Positions 49,980 to 63,700 of a DNA stretch of 64,000 nucleotides are shown here, in pieces (position 1 is the stretch's first letter; every line of letters begins with the position of its first letter). The notes beneath the pieces were generated by a model. That model ran no database searches and was not told the origin of the DNA. It was given only the letters and a program-made list of their open reading frames with translations. The position numbers and the translations under genes are program-made. Source of the stretch: Cenococcum geophilum (taxonomy: Eukaryota); contig CP158635.1 of assembly GCA_050273025.1 (NCBI GenBank), positions 19,158,001 through 19,222,000 on the forward strand. The letters run 5' to 3'.

Positions 49980-50232
49980 TAGGGCGCAATAGAGGGGGCG
50001 GCTAGGAGGGGGCGGCTGGGACGGGCAGAAGAAGAGCGAGGGGGAAAATGGATAGAGTAGAGAGAAAAAGGTAAGAAGGATGGAGGATAAAAGACGGCGA
50101 AAGGAGGGCCTTTTATGGTGGTCGTCGAGGAAGATTTCCGGTTGGGGTGTAGCGCGAAAGTCGTAAGCGAGGCGCGGATTACCCAAACGGGGAGCCTCCA
50201 TTTCCTGATGCGCACTTGCCATCTGATTGTTT
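49980..50232 (-). promoter_or_regulatory. Largely un-RIPed promoter-like segment displaced by the inversion
   Basis: Retains CpA/TpG. On the minus strand a CATAAAA element is followed by a long CT-rich box. Joins 36875 through a shared AAAC. Confidence 0.6.
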
Positions 50233-53200
50233 ACGTTATATATCTTAGCGGTAAGCTAGTACTCTAAGTTATTAACTTCTTAACCTCCTTCTAAGCCGCG
50301 CGTTTCTTAAAAGATATATTAACTAGAAACGTATAGGATACCCTTTAATTATACTAGATTAATATCTATTTAAGACCCCCTAATTAAATCGTCTATAATA
50401 TAGAAAAGAACTTCTTATTTATAGAGTTCTAATAATAGACAAAGGCAATAGCAATTAAGGTTAAGAAAGTCCCCGTTAAAGTATATAATAGCATTAAAAA
50501 AGTAAAGCAATATTATACGCTATTACGCCGCGTATATAAGATTATTTCTTTAAAACTAAAGAACGCTAGCGAAGAACTTACCTTGCAAATGGCTGTTAAA
50601 GCTATTAATAATTCCGCTAGCCTAGATAGACTTATACCTATATTGCTAGTCTTTAGCGCCTACCCTTAAATAACTAATAATTCTTTACTATTTTCCTCTA
50701 TTATATAATAAGCCGAGGCTATTTATAAGGTAATAAAGGAGGTATAACGTCTCTACACTATATACTAGGTTAATAATGTACTAAGAATAAGAAATAGCCC
50801 AAACATATTAACTACGCTTAATTTACCACTCTAGTCTAAAGTACGCGTATAGCATAAAAAGGGAGAATAGTTAGGCCCACACTAACTTATTATAATTAAT
50901 AGTTAAACTTATACGATTTAGATGCCTTACAGACCCACTTAATTCTATTTAACTGTTATTAAGCCTTACTATAAAGATAACAATTCTAAGCCTTTATAGG
51001 ATGCCCTAGAAAATACCCTAAAGGAGAACGATAATTAATATATTCTAGAAGGCGACTATAATCCTAATATAATTATAGTAGATATACTACAACCATAACG
51101 TGGTAGAGGTCGCCTAAAGGAATTACAAAATCGCCAACATCTTATTAATTTTAAAGAATAATTTATTACCGCCATTAAGAATAGAGTTAAGTTATTAATA
51201 GCCTTTATAACAGCTAAGGAGAAGGCTAACTTTAAGCTTATAAAACAGCTTTAAAAAAAAGGTCGTATTATAACCCTAAAAGCTCCTTTTTAAGTATCTA
51301 ATAAGTAGGAGATTAACGGTCTTATTGCAAGAGGAGTCTTTAAATTTAAGAAGTATAACCTACTAAGTTTAACAAAGTTCGCATCTTTAAGTTAAGGATA
51401 GTTAATAAGATTAAGGGCAAAGCTATTAACGCCCTATTTAAGAAATTAAGGCTTATTATCTAAGGTTACAACAATAATAGCAAAGAGATAATTCTTATAC
51501 AATCTCCTATAATTTAACGAGCTAGTTAGCGAGTTATTATTATATTAGCTCCCTCCTTAATAAAGAATAAAATAGCAGTCTATTTATAAGATATTACTTA
51601 AGCCTATACCCAATTAGAGACGCACCTTTAGCGCTTAATATTAGTATACCTTCCAGAGCAAATTTGCTACCAGTATCCTAAAGATATAATTATAGTTATG
51701 CTTAAGCTATTATATAGAATCGCAGAGGTAGGAACTTACTACTAGTAGGCTACCTACAGTAAGCACTATAAAGAGAAGCTTTTAATAACTACTTCTATAT
51801 TTAATCCCTACTTCCTTATTATAACTATAGGAACCCTATTTAGAATTATCAGTATATAAACTAATAATATAATTATCTTAGGAGACAACCAATTTTTAGC
51901 TCTTAAAGAGGATAAGCTAGTAAAGGTAAATCTTATAATAAAGCTAAAGGAAAAGCTTAATTTAATAACACCATTACTTTTTAATAAATGCATCCTCTCC
52001 CTAAATAAGAATTCTATTGCTTTACACTAGAAGGATTAAGGTAAGAAAATTAACATTATTAACGTTAATTCCCTAAAGTAAGGATATATAGAGCAACGCG
52101 CTCGCGGAGCTTATATTACTTCTATCTATTAACTTAAGACTTTATTTAATCTCTCTATTGCCACCCAATACTAGAAACTAACTAAGGATGACGTTCTTGC
52201 CCTAAATAAACGTCTTTTCTAGCAAATAAACTATCTTAATTAGGGACTACTTTACGTGCCTATTAATCTTCCTACCGCTAAGCTCTTTGTATTTATTAAT
52301 AGATCGTTTATAAATAATAAAGATTTTAGCTCCTAGTTAGGATATAAAATTATTATCGCGAATAAATGTACTAGAGAGAATAACTTTATAATCTATAGCA
52401 ATCTTATTTATTAGAGCTTAACTAAGAGCAAGCATATTACCTAAAGTGTTTTAGCGTTAGAGATATATAGAATAATTAGCAGAGTTAATATAGCAATTAC
52501 AATTAAAACTACCCTAAAGATAATTATAGATTAACTTAAACTTCCTATTATCCCTACAATCGTATACACCAACTTATATTCCCTCTATAAGTATTTAGTT
52601 AAGCTTAGTACTATAAAGGAGAAGCGCCTTATAATTAATATTATGGCACTTTAGCAATCCTATAAGCGTTAAGAACTCTTTAAGATTTAATAGATTAATG
52701 GCTAAGATAACCTAGCAGATATAATAATAAAGGCAAACTCAAACAAGACACTAAAGACGTTTATTAATATAAATACTCTACGTGTATAAGTTAAAGGTTA
52801 GGTTAAAAGGGAGTCCCTAGAAATTTCTTAGTTATATAAGGTCTTAAGATATCTAGGAACTTTAACCAGCGGTTAAAGTTATCTAATTAGTCAGATTCTC
52901 TTACTAAGACTTTTTTAGAAGGGGGAGTGTAATATTTTACAGACCCTAACTTAACCTAGCCAATTAGGATTTTCCATCTCCAGGATAGAAAATTGCTATT
53001 AGCTCGCTTACTACTAGCGCCTTAGCAGCCTACTAAATAAAATATCTACCTGCGACTCCTAAGTAAGAAAGTACTACGTATTAAGAGGCAAATTTTAGGA
53101 CAGCGAGACTTATATTATAATAGCAATAGTAAGTAAGGAGGATTAATATTTGTTACGCTCGTCGAGCGGTATATATATATAGATAGCAACCATAAAAGAA

Positions 53201-53377
53201 GAGTTGCCAGTGTTGGGAATATAGGCAAGTTGCTATTATATATCGCCACGGCACTAGCGTAGCAAGGAGCCCTAAGCTCCTCGCCCTTCCTTAAGTAAGG
53301 GGAAAGCATATATAGAACAACAATTATTATACTATCTACGAACCGTAGCTACGTAATATCACCTTATATAGCTAATA
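50233..53377 (+). mobile_element. Copia family B copy 2, 3' half (integrase, RT, RNase H, 3' LTR 53211-53377)
   Basis: De-RIPed DITQAYTQ, KPLYG, QTDD, FVDGSF, TDSYSL, KEKRLMID and NPADxMTK. The 167-bp LTR is followed by ATTAC. Confidence 0.9.
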
Positions 53378-56288
53378 ATTACTAAGGGTGTCTGTATAGA
53401 CCCTAAAAAAGTACGTATAATTACTAAATAGTAAGCCCCTAACTGCATTAAGGACGTATAAGCCTTTCTTAGTTTCGCTAACTTTTATTAAAAATTTATA
53501 TATAACTTCTTAGGCGTAGTAGCACTATTTATAGTAATAATGTAAATAAAGGGCCTTTCTATAAAAGAAAGAAAAACGCACCTATATTTTACCTAGACGC
53601 CTAAATATAAGAAGGCGTTTTAAGACCTTAAAAATGCTTTTACTAAAGCACCTATTCTAGCTTACTTTGCACCAGGATAATAACTTTACCTTAAAACTAA
53701 CTCCTTAGACTACGTTAATATAGGCGTCCTTTCTTAAATAGGTAATAACGACCTCCTTTACCTAGTCGTATTTTACTTATCTAAGCTTATACTATAAGAG
53801 TATAACTATAAAATCTATAATAAGGAACTTCTTATAATTATATAAGCGTTTAAGAAATTCTAATTAGAACTTTCCTTAGCAAAACCTAATTAGCCAACTA
53901 AAGTCCTTACAGGCCATTGCAACCTTAAATACTTTATAACTATAAAGTAGCTAAATTAACGCTAAGCACGCTAGAATAAGTTCCTCTCTAGTTTTAACTT
54001 TAAAATTGTATATAAGCTAGGAGTATAAAGTACTAAGCTAAATAGCCTAATACGCCGTTTATAAGACCTCCCTTAGTTAAAAAAAGACCCTTAAAATTAG
54101 TTCCAGTAATAGACAATCCTAAAAGCACGGAATTTAGCCTTAGGCATACTACTTATAATAGAGCTAATAGTACCTTAGCTTTATACTATAGAACTAGAGT
54201 TACCTCCTAAAATTAATAAGCTTATTACTACGGTATATAACACCTCTATTAATCTATTACTATATTAACTTATTACCTTAAAAACCGCTAGCGCCTATAC
54301 GCTACCTACTAACCTCTAAAGCCTAGGCTAGATTAATATAGTAGCCTTAAAAGTAAAAGAGAACAAACTCTATTATAAAGGCCGCCTATTTATCCTTAAC
54401 TTAGAAAACTTATAACGGCAACTAATCTAAATAGCCTATGACCTTTAGTTAAGCGGCTACCTAGGTAAAGAAGGAACCTATAAGCTCCTTAGCTAATACT
54501 ACTTCTAGCCTAAGATAATAGACTTAGTTAAACGCTTTATAGGTGCTTACTATAGTTATAAGCGTGCTAAGGCCTTTAATATAAAGTACTAAGAACTATT
54601 ATACCCCCTACTAGTATCTATATAACAATAGGCGGATATTACTATAAATTTCGTTATTAACCTATTACCCTATAAACGACACGGCTATACCTATAAGAAT
54701 ATCCTTATAATAATATACCGACTTATAAAAGAGCGCCACTATATTCTAACTAAAGGTATAGCCGTTAGTGACGTTACTAACGCCTTCCTTCGCGAAGTTT
54801 ACTAACTATATAGGTTACCTAACTTAATTATATCCAACTAAGGTATATAATTTAACTCCAATATATAGAGACGAATTTACTAACGCCTTAGTATCTCCGT
54901 TAAGATATTTATATCCTTTTATTATAAAACTGCTAGGTAACTAGAAAACGCTAATACTAGCATAAAAGCATACCTATAATAGGTAGTTGCCTATAGTTAA
55001 AATAACTAGGTAAATTACCTCCTACTAGGTAAATTCGCAGCGAATAACTATATCTTAACCACTATATGACTTACCCCATTCTTTGCAAATAAGGGTTATT
55101 ACCCCTAATCTAGTATAAAGCTACTAGAACCTATTAATAAGAAACTGCTATATAGAAAACGCCTTAAAATGCTACTTACTAACTAGTATATAAACTGTAT
55201 AAAAAATCTACTTAACTACTGCAAGGGAGAAATAGCCTAGGCTTAAGTAAAGTAGGCCTACTTCGCTAACTATTATAGAACGCCACCACTAAAGATATAT
55301 ATTGGCGACTAGGTATAGCTAGATATATATAATATCTCTACGCAGAGGCCTATAAAGTTACTTAATTATAAGAACCTTAGCCCCTATCTAATTAAACGAG
55401 TTATTAATAAGGGAACTGTATATAAGCTAGAACTTCTACTTACCCTAACTACCTACGGGATATAGCTTATATTTTACCTATAGCTACTATACCTCTATTA
55501 GCCTAACCCCTTACTAGGGTAGATATAGCTTAAACCCCTACCAGTACTAATCTAAGATAAGAACGAAGATAAGAACTATAAGGAGTAGACCATTAAACGA
55601 ATTATTAACTCTAAATACTTTAGCAAAGGTAGAGGATAATAGCTCTACTATAGAGCTATATATACAGAATTTAACATAGATTAGCCAGAATAGTAACTAT
55701 AGGAAGACTTTAAAAATGTAAAGAATTTAATTAGCGACTTTTACTACGCGAACCCATAGAAACTAGGCCTAAGTAGAGATTTTATACCTAATCCTCTATA
55801 GGAGCCCTTATAGAGTTAAACCGCTATATATTACCACATAAGGGCAAATTACCGTTAGATTACAGTAAAGTGTAATTATATAACCGGAATATCGTTAAGA
55901 TATTTAGGAACTTTAACTAGTGGTTAAAGTTATCTAATTAGTTAAATTCTTAGATGCTAAGCCCTATTATATAATATTATTTTAAGCCTTTAGCGATACC
56001 CCCCTTTCTTTTTTTTCTATACCTTAAGTGCCCCTTTTATATATATATAGTAACCACAGCGTCGCCAAAGCTTCGCCTCTATAGGAGGGGGGGTAGTGTT
56101 ATAGAATCCTACTATAGGGGCCTCTATAGGAGAGTCTTGTGCTCTTATATATACCTTGCGTATAGCTTATATCAGCTACGCGTAGGTATATTACTTCCTT
56201 ACGCCCTTAACCCTTATAATTAATCGCGTAACGTTTTATAAACTCCTTAAATATATATACTTATAGCCACTACCCCCATCCTATAATA
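53378..56288 (+). mobile_element. Gypsy/chromovirus 3' half (RT end, RNase H, integrase, chromodomain, PPT, 3' LTR 56097-56288)
   Basis: De-RIPed GVxMDPKKV, LETDSSDY, NYEIYDKEL, TDHxNL, ISDRGxQF and chromodomain EWTIERIIDS…WQPWEDF (~55580-55750). PPT AGGAGGGGGGGTAG precedes TGTT. Confidence 0.9.
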
Positions 56289-56293
56289 CTCCC

Positions 56294-58367
56294 AAATATA
56301 ATAAAGAGTAGGTTAATATTAATAACTTCTTAACTAATCTACTAAACTCTAAAGTATTGCGTTTTTTAGATCTAGGACTACTAGCTCTAGTAAGAGCTAT
56401 TAATCCTTTAGGTTTACTATATTAAGGTATTATCTACGTCTTAAATAATATAAGATAATAGATATCGGCTAATATATATATATAGACGGCGAATATAGTC
56501 TTAGCCCTATTCCTTTATAAATACTATAAAGTTACTAACCTAGCTAAAAAGGGGCTAACTAGGCTATAAGCGTTAAGGAGATAAACTTAGCTATAGATAG
56601 GTTGTTTAACGAAAGTAGTCTAAATAGGTATATTAATAGCATTATAGCTCTTATTTACTAATTAATAATAGAATTTCCTTTAGTTTTAGAGGATAATATA
56701 GCTAGAGTAAGTTATAGTATAGGGGATATTTAATCTAGTGGCGGGTTGCTAGAATATTAGGATAATGGTCTAGATATAGCTAGTATATACGCCCCCTCTA
56801 TAGAGAATACCGGAGGTATATATAATAGTAAGTAATCTTCCTATAGACTTATAGAGTCCCTATTTTAATATATAAGAAAATAGTCTACTAGAGTGAGATA
56901 AACCTCTCTATAAGGGTCTAGGTATAATAAGTTAACCGTTTATAATATATAAGCGAAAGCGTACTTTATCCGCTAATACGGCTATCTTCTCTATAGAAGT
57001 GCTAGACTTAACCTTAGAACTAGCTCTAAAAGACTCTTATTTAGTAAAGCGGTGGAGGTTAGCCTAGTTATAGGTAGAGAGCCTTATATCTAGTCCTATA
57101 TATATACTAAAGTTAACACCATCACTAGGCCGCGGTAGCCCAATTTTACCTCTTAGAACTAGTAATAATTTAAATACTAGTAACCTAAACGGTAGTAATA
57201 AAAACAATAACGCTAATATCCTAAACTTACCTTAAAGCAATATCCTTAATTTAGTAAATAGTAGGGATAGTAAATACTAAGGGCATGGGCTAGATATAGG
57301 GCCGTTAGAGCCTTTAAGATAATTAGTCTTTCTATATAGATAAACGGAGGGCGATTAATATATTAGTAAGGATATATATATAGGTAAAGATAAAAGTAAT
57401 AGCAGCAATAGTAAGGTTAGGGAGAGCGGTAAGGACAACTCTAATAGCGGCTAGGAGGTATCCTATAGGGCTAGTATAGTAACTTTATAGCGATATAAAT
57501 GTAGTAATTATCTATTCTAGGATAAGCGGCGCGGTTTAATAGGAATAAGTTTTAAATAGCTTAATAGGAGCACGAGGCCTATAAGAATATTATAATATCT
57601 AAAGTTATTACTAGTACGCCGCCACTCTAGATCTAAAGTAGATATTATAGTTTAGTCTACCTCCCTTTAAATATCCTCTTTAGGAGTAAAGGTAGTATAT
57701 AACTACACTATTAACTATAAATAGAGCAACTATACGGACTATCGGCTAACTAATATTACTCTTTACTAGGTGCTAGAATGCAAAATATTAGTAATAGCGA
57801 TTGTTTATTAGAATAAGATAACGTTAAAGTTATCTTTAAAACCGTTAATAATTATATATAACTTGCTTAGTAACGTAAGGCAACTTATTTATATGACGCA
57901 GTTAACGTTAGATTTATAGCTATTAATAGGCTGTTAGTATAATAATATAGTAAATATATACGCTAGTCTAAGCTTAACGTAGTAAAGTAGTAACTATACC
58001 GCTAGTAAAACTAGTACGCGTAGTCCGTATAGTAAAGGTGCTAATAATAATACTATTAGTCTAGATAATAATGAGGATAATAATAATAGAGATAACGATT
58101 TTAGAAATAGTAGCTAAAGCTTAGGCAGCGAAAGCTTAGGTAGTAGTAATTTTAATACTAGTACCGCTATTAATAACGGGCGGCTCTATAGAGAGCATAG
58201 GCGCGTATAAATCCAAATACGTCGGCTATAACTAGAGTTAGATAATTAGCGCTTACTTATATATAAGAATAAGATAGGTATAAAGTAGGATAATATATTT
58301 AGTTGCTTCTTAGATTGGACGCCGGGTATAGTATAGGTGTACTAGTATATATTATAAGGGAAGTAAT
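56294..58367 (+). pseudogene. RIP-killed gene with acidic low-complexity region and C-terminal Myb/SANT-like domain
   Basis: De-RIPed ~58220-58367 reads roughly RRxW.ELDDQRLL..K.KMGMKWDDIF..FPDRTPGAVQVRW, which has Myb-type Trp spacing. Confidence 0.65.
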
Positions 58368-59439
58368 TTATTAAGGCCGCTATAATATCCTTAAAATCTT
58401 CTGAACCATTCTTATAGAATAAGGTTTATTATAACTATAGTACTTTATCCTATTTACTACTAAATTCCTTTACTATTTCGTCTATAAAATTATATATACT
58501 ATACTAATATTAAGAAATAATTCTAATTTCCCTAAAGAAGTTAGTCTCTAAAATCTCTCCTCTTTTTTATTATCTAATTTCGTCTAAAGCGGCGAAGTTT
58601 TATAATATTATAGAAAATTTAGAGACCTAGCCTATAATCTTCTTAATATACTTATTCTATTCTTTTTATATATAGCTAGTTAGAATGGAGTATAGGGAGT
58701 TAAAACAATTAAAAGCATTTAGATTAAAAATAACAGCCTTAATACTAATTAGACACTAGCTCTACTTAATAAAAGTTCCTATTCCGCTTTAAAAATATTA
58801 AAAGCCTAGGCTTAGAAGACCATCTACTATTACACGTAAATTTATATAAGGTTACTACTCTAGTCGGTACTTCCTAATATAGACCTATTAGGGATCCTAG
58901 GCTAAGCTAATACCGTAACTAAATATATATAAGCAAGCTAAGGTTAACCTATAGCTTACGCCTATAGCTTATAGTATATATAGCTAGTATTTCTTATAAC
59001 CTTAAGGCTAAGCCCTACGCGGTTTAGAATGGTAAGGATACCTAGCCTAACGCTATTAAGCTTAAAGAATGCTGTAGGCTATTTAGTATACTACCTTAAG
59101 TTTTAAGGCAGCGTTAATAGAGCCTTAGTAAAGCCTCCTATCCTTTAACCGTATAGACATAAAGCTAAAGCCTAGAGCTACCTCCGCTGCTACCTCTAAG
59201 TATCTCTAATAACGCGTTTAATCTATAACTTCTTAAGGCGCGACTTGTGGTAGACCGTATTAGCTATAATAAACTACTTATAGTATTTAATAGACTATAT
59301 TGTCTCCTAACTACGTCCATCCTATTTTTAAGCTTACTACCATCCACCCTATTTTATGATTACGCCTCCCTATCGCGGACTAACGTGCCTTACTACCTTC
59401 CTTAAGCCACTTTACCGCCACAACTATATTCCCTAATAC

Positions 59440-60460
59440 GGTTTTAGTAATAATATCCCTCTCTGAACCCTTCTATAGAAGAATTATACCCTTTAGTAAT
59501 AAATAGCTACTTATATAAGCTATACAAGTTATATTAACTTAAAACCGCCCCTACTCCTCTACCGCGTAACTAAAAGATAACCGCCATTAGATTTCTAACT
59601 GGGTTTAATATAACAAACTACCTTAACTCTAGACTTATAAGTATAGTATACCTAGACTTCTCCTCTAATACTATTATTAAATATCCTTACTAAGTAAAAG
59701 AAGAGCCTACTATTAAAGTTAAGAGATGGATTTATAAGCGGTTCTAGTAATATAGCGGGCATAAAGGTCTGCTAAAGTTTTACAGTACCTTTAAATCTAG
59801 CATCCGGCTAGAATATATAAGCAAGAATAAACTCCGCCAATATATTTAAATCTATAAGATTTATACTAAGTAACGCCTTTAATAGGCTTAATAAGTCACT
59901 AGTGCGCTTGCCTTTATTTATTTAATAAATGTTATTTATACGGATCTAATATGCGGCAATATATCCTTAAATAATAGCCTACGCGCAAAGCTCCTTAACT
60001 TTAGTAGCTCCTTATTAGATAGCTCTAAGATATCTATTATAGTAACTATAAGCTATAAATATCTTAGAGCCGACCTAAAATTAACTTAAGCAGACCTATT
60101 TACCCTTAGCTCTACCTTATATAAAATCTAGATAGGCAAACCTCTATACTTTAAGCTTAGGCTTAAAGAGATAGAAATTACTAATTTATTTAAATAATCT
60201 AAGTTTCCTAAGATAAAAAGTCTAGAACTAATGGGCGATATTATTATAGGGTGCTAGTAAGGCAAGTTTATAAGTGCAGATAATATTCTTAAAGGTATAC
60301 TACTTATTAATCTCCCTTAACTATTATATACTAACGCCGTTTAGCTATTAACTTCTATAGTAAAACGAATTACTTTACTCCTCCCCTCCTTAAGATAACC
60401 ATTATAGTTTTAGTTCTTAGCTTACTCATATTCCTTGCCTATAAATTAGCGAGGTAATAA
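59440..60460 (+). pseudogene. RIP-killed protein kinase-like gene
   Basis: De-RIPed IEVERxIYER, FIHSxNVIHADLTCGN…AKLLDFGGSSLDG (~59910-60030) and ADLFALGSTLYEIWTGxPPY. Confidence 0.8.
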
Positions 60461-63379
60461 TAAATTAAGAGGACGGGGCTATATAATAAGCGCAGAGCGG
60501 GTATTTTCTAGGCTTCTTAGAACTGCTAAAGGTAATTATTTATCTATTTACCCCTTTAGCCAGTATAGGATTGTTATAAGGGCTAGTTGCCGCACTGCTA
60601 TCCTAGTAGTAATTATATAATCGTCTAGGGAAGGTATAGTTCTGCTTATATTTAGAGTATAAATAGGGGTTATTAAGATAGGTATATATTTTACTTAAGT
60701 TAAGGTACGTCTCTATACTTAGGGACGGACGTTATATAAGCTAAGTTAGCCATTTTATACCTTATTATATCTTCTATTTCTAGCTCAATCTATTTATAGC
60801 GCATTTCCTATTATATAAGGGTTGCATAAAAAGGTTTATAAGAGTATTACTTTTTCAAGGGCGGTAAGTAAGAGCTACTTTATTACCACTTACAGCGCCA
60901 CAAATAATAAAGAATATAAGGCTGAAACTACGTTTACAACTTAGCCAGCCAATTTAAATTATATAATACAGCTAAAACTAAGTGGCAGTCCGAATAATAT
61001 AAAGTTGGGCGTTAATAATTAATTAACTTATATATACAACGTAAAGGCGTATAAACTGGCTATAGTTAATTTACCTTATAAATAAGAATAAGCTATAAGA
61101 ATCCAATCCTTATAAGATATTTTAGTTGGCGAAGGGGTTATATATCTAGTAACTCTAATATATAGCTAAAATGCGCGTTATAGCGGATGCCTTACCCGTT
61201 CTACTATTTAGCTGGTGGCCTAATTATATACATAATATCCCGCGCTAGAAAGCTTTAATAGTAGGGTAAGGTAAATCCGGCCGTAGCTTAGCCTACTTAG
61301 CAATTCTTTTATATAAGCTTTCTTATTAGGCACTAATAACTAAGCAGCTATAAACCTATTAACTATAGTAATACCTCTATTTTCCCTTATAAATTTCCTT
61401 TAACCTTACTTCGCTAATTATTTACAGCACAGTTCCGTAAAGCTGCTCTTTGTTTAAGCCTACGATCCACCTCTTTTTATATTTCTTATATTCTACCTCT
61501 TACAGTTATCCAGTAATTCTATTCTTACTATTAAGGTAAATATTAGCTTAGCTATTCCGCGCAGTATATACCTAATTACTTATATCTTCTATAATAGTTA
61601 TACTTTACAGCCTTTTATTCTAAAATAAATTCCTAAATTAGCCGCCATTCCTCCTTAAACAGCTATCCGTAATTAAAAACGCCTTATAAAAGATAATATT
61701 TACTTAATATTTCTCGTCTATAAAATACCCCTCCTTTATAGCCACTAGTCCCGCCAACTTACGCGGTTACACTTTTAGCTATATAGATTATATCCGCTAA
61801 GGGTAGAGATAAGGCGCTTAGTAGGGAATAGGAGGAGATTAGAGCTCGTAAATTTAAGATAATAAAGGACATAACTATAACATTTAAAGGCATATTATGC
61901 AATATTTAAGACAGTAAAGGGAAGTAGGTTAAAGAATTAGGTATAAAAAATAGATAAGTAGCAAGAGAGGTTCTTACTAGGTATAAATATTACGTAATAA
62001 AGGTAAAGATTAGGTTTAAAAAGAGGTAGTAATAAATAGTAATCCAAAGCGATATATGCTATTTATTTATAGATAAGAGTTAATCTCTAGCTTCTTTTAT
62101 AGCTTCCTTATAAAGAAATACCTAGGTCCCCTAGACTAAACAAATTAGAGATATTAAATCTATCTTAGTAGCCGATCTTAACTATAAAGAGAGTGTCCTT
62201 ATTTTTCTTTTTTAGCAGGTATATAAATAGGCAATTTATAATTACTAGTCCTCCTCTTTCCTTTTCCTTTCTCTATAAATTACTTATTTATATCCTAGTA
62301 CAAAATAGCTTAAAGAGATTTTTAATTATATAGTGCCTTATAAATAAGAAAGAAAAGTACTAACCCTTCTTTAGCAATATTAGATTTCCTATTTAGTATT
62401 AACCATAAATGCGATATCTTATTAAAGGTTATTTTATAAACCTAAAGTCTACTATAATTTTAACCAGGGACGCTTTAATAATAGTTTATTTATAACTTAA
62501 TAATATACTAGTATAATAGCGCTTAGAGGACTCTTAGAAGAGGTATTTATCTTAAATAAGTATTAATATATTAAATTTAGGGAATAAGGTATCTAACTAT
62601 TAGTTTTAGGATTATTAGATAAGATTATACTTTCCCCTTATAATAAATCTAGCTCTAAAATATATAAGTAACTAATTAATAAGTACTTAAGACTTATATA
62701 CCGAGCGTTTAATAAGCGTCTTAAGGGATTAAAGTTTTAGAATGCCTCTCTAATAACTAAAAGTCTTAGGCTAATATTAGGTGTTCCTCTAATAATATTT
62801 ATTAATAATTTATTTAAAATATAAGGCTTTTTTATACTAGTAAAGGGATATACCTCTAAAAATAGATGTTTTAGAGGCAAAGGAATTAATATACTAATTA
62901 AATTAGCTTTATAAAGTATACTTATAGCAACTATAAAACTATAGAGGTAGAAGTAATTCTCTTATTATCCTTAAAGATCTTAAAGGAGGTTTTTTACTGA
63001 TATTATTACTAACTTTAAGATAGGCGCTGCTAAAGTATATAAAAAGAATACTTTAGGACCTAAGCTAATAAAAACATCCGTTAATAGAGTACGTATATAT
63101 AGCCTTATACTTTATTATAAGCTTAATTATTTCTCTAAGGATATTACGTTTTCTTATAGCACCTTAAGGTATAATTTAAACGTATTATTTTAATAGGAGG
63201 GTAATAAATGCGTATTAGCATTAAACGTCTTTTTTATTTCCTTAAATAGCTTATAAAACCAGTTATTTAATACTATTAGAAGTTTAATTAAGAATAAAGA
63301 GAAGGATAAAGAGAGCTAGGATAAGAAAGAGTAGGATAAGAAGAGATAGAAAGGGAAGGAAAAAGAAAGGGGATAGGGG

Positions 63380-63700
63380 AAGGAAAGGAAAGGAGGAAGA
63401 GAAGGGAGGGAGGAAGGGAAGGGAAGGGAAGGGAAGGGAAGGGAAGGGAAGGGAAGGGAAGGGAAGGGAAGGGAAGGAAAGGGAAGGGAAGGGAAGGGAA
63501 GGGAAGGGAAGGGAAGGGAAGGGAAGGGAAGGGAAGGGAAGGGAAGGGAAGGGAAGGGAAGGGAAGGGAAGGGAAGGGAAGGGAAGGGAAGGGAAGGGAA
63601 GGGAAGGGAAGGGAAGGGAAGGGAAGGGAAGAGAAGAGAAGAGAAGAGAAGAGAAGAGAAGAGAAGAGATAAGATAAGACGGGACGGGACGGGATGGGAC
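63380..63700 (+). repeat. Compound pentanucleotide microsatellite (GGGAA)n, then (GAGAA)n, GATAA and (GGGAC)n
   Basis: More than 40 GGGAA units. Essentially purine-only strand from ~63380 to ~63669. Confidence 0.97.

Noticed and set aside
63380..63700. Telomeric repeat
   Set aside because: The unit is GGGAA rather than TTAGGG, and ordinary sequence continues on both sides.
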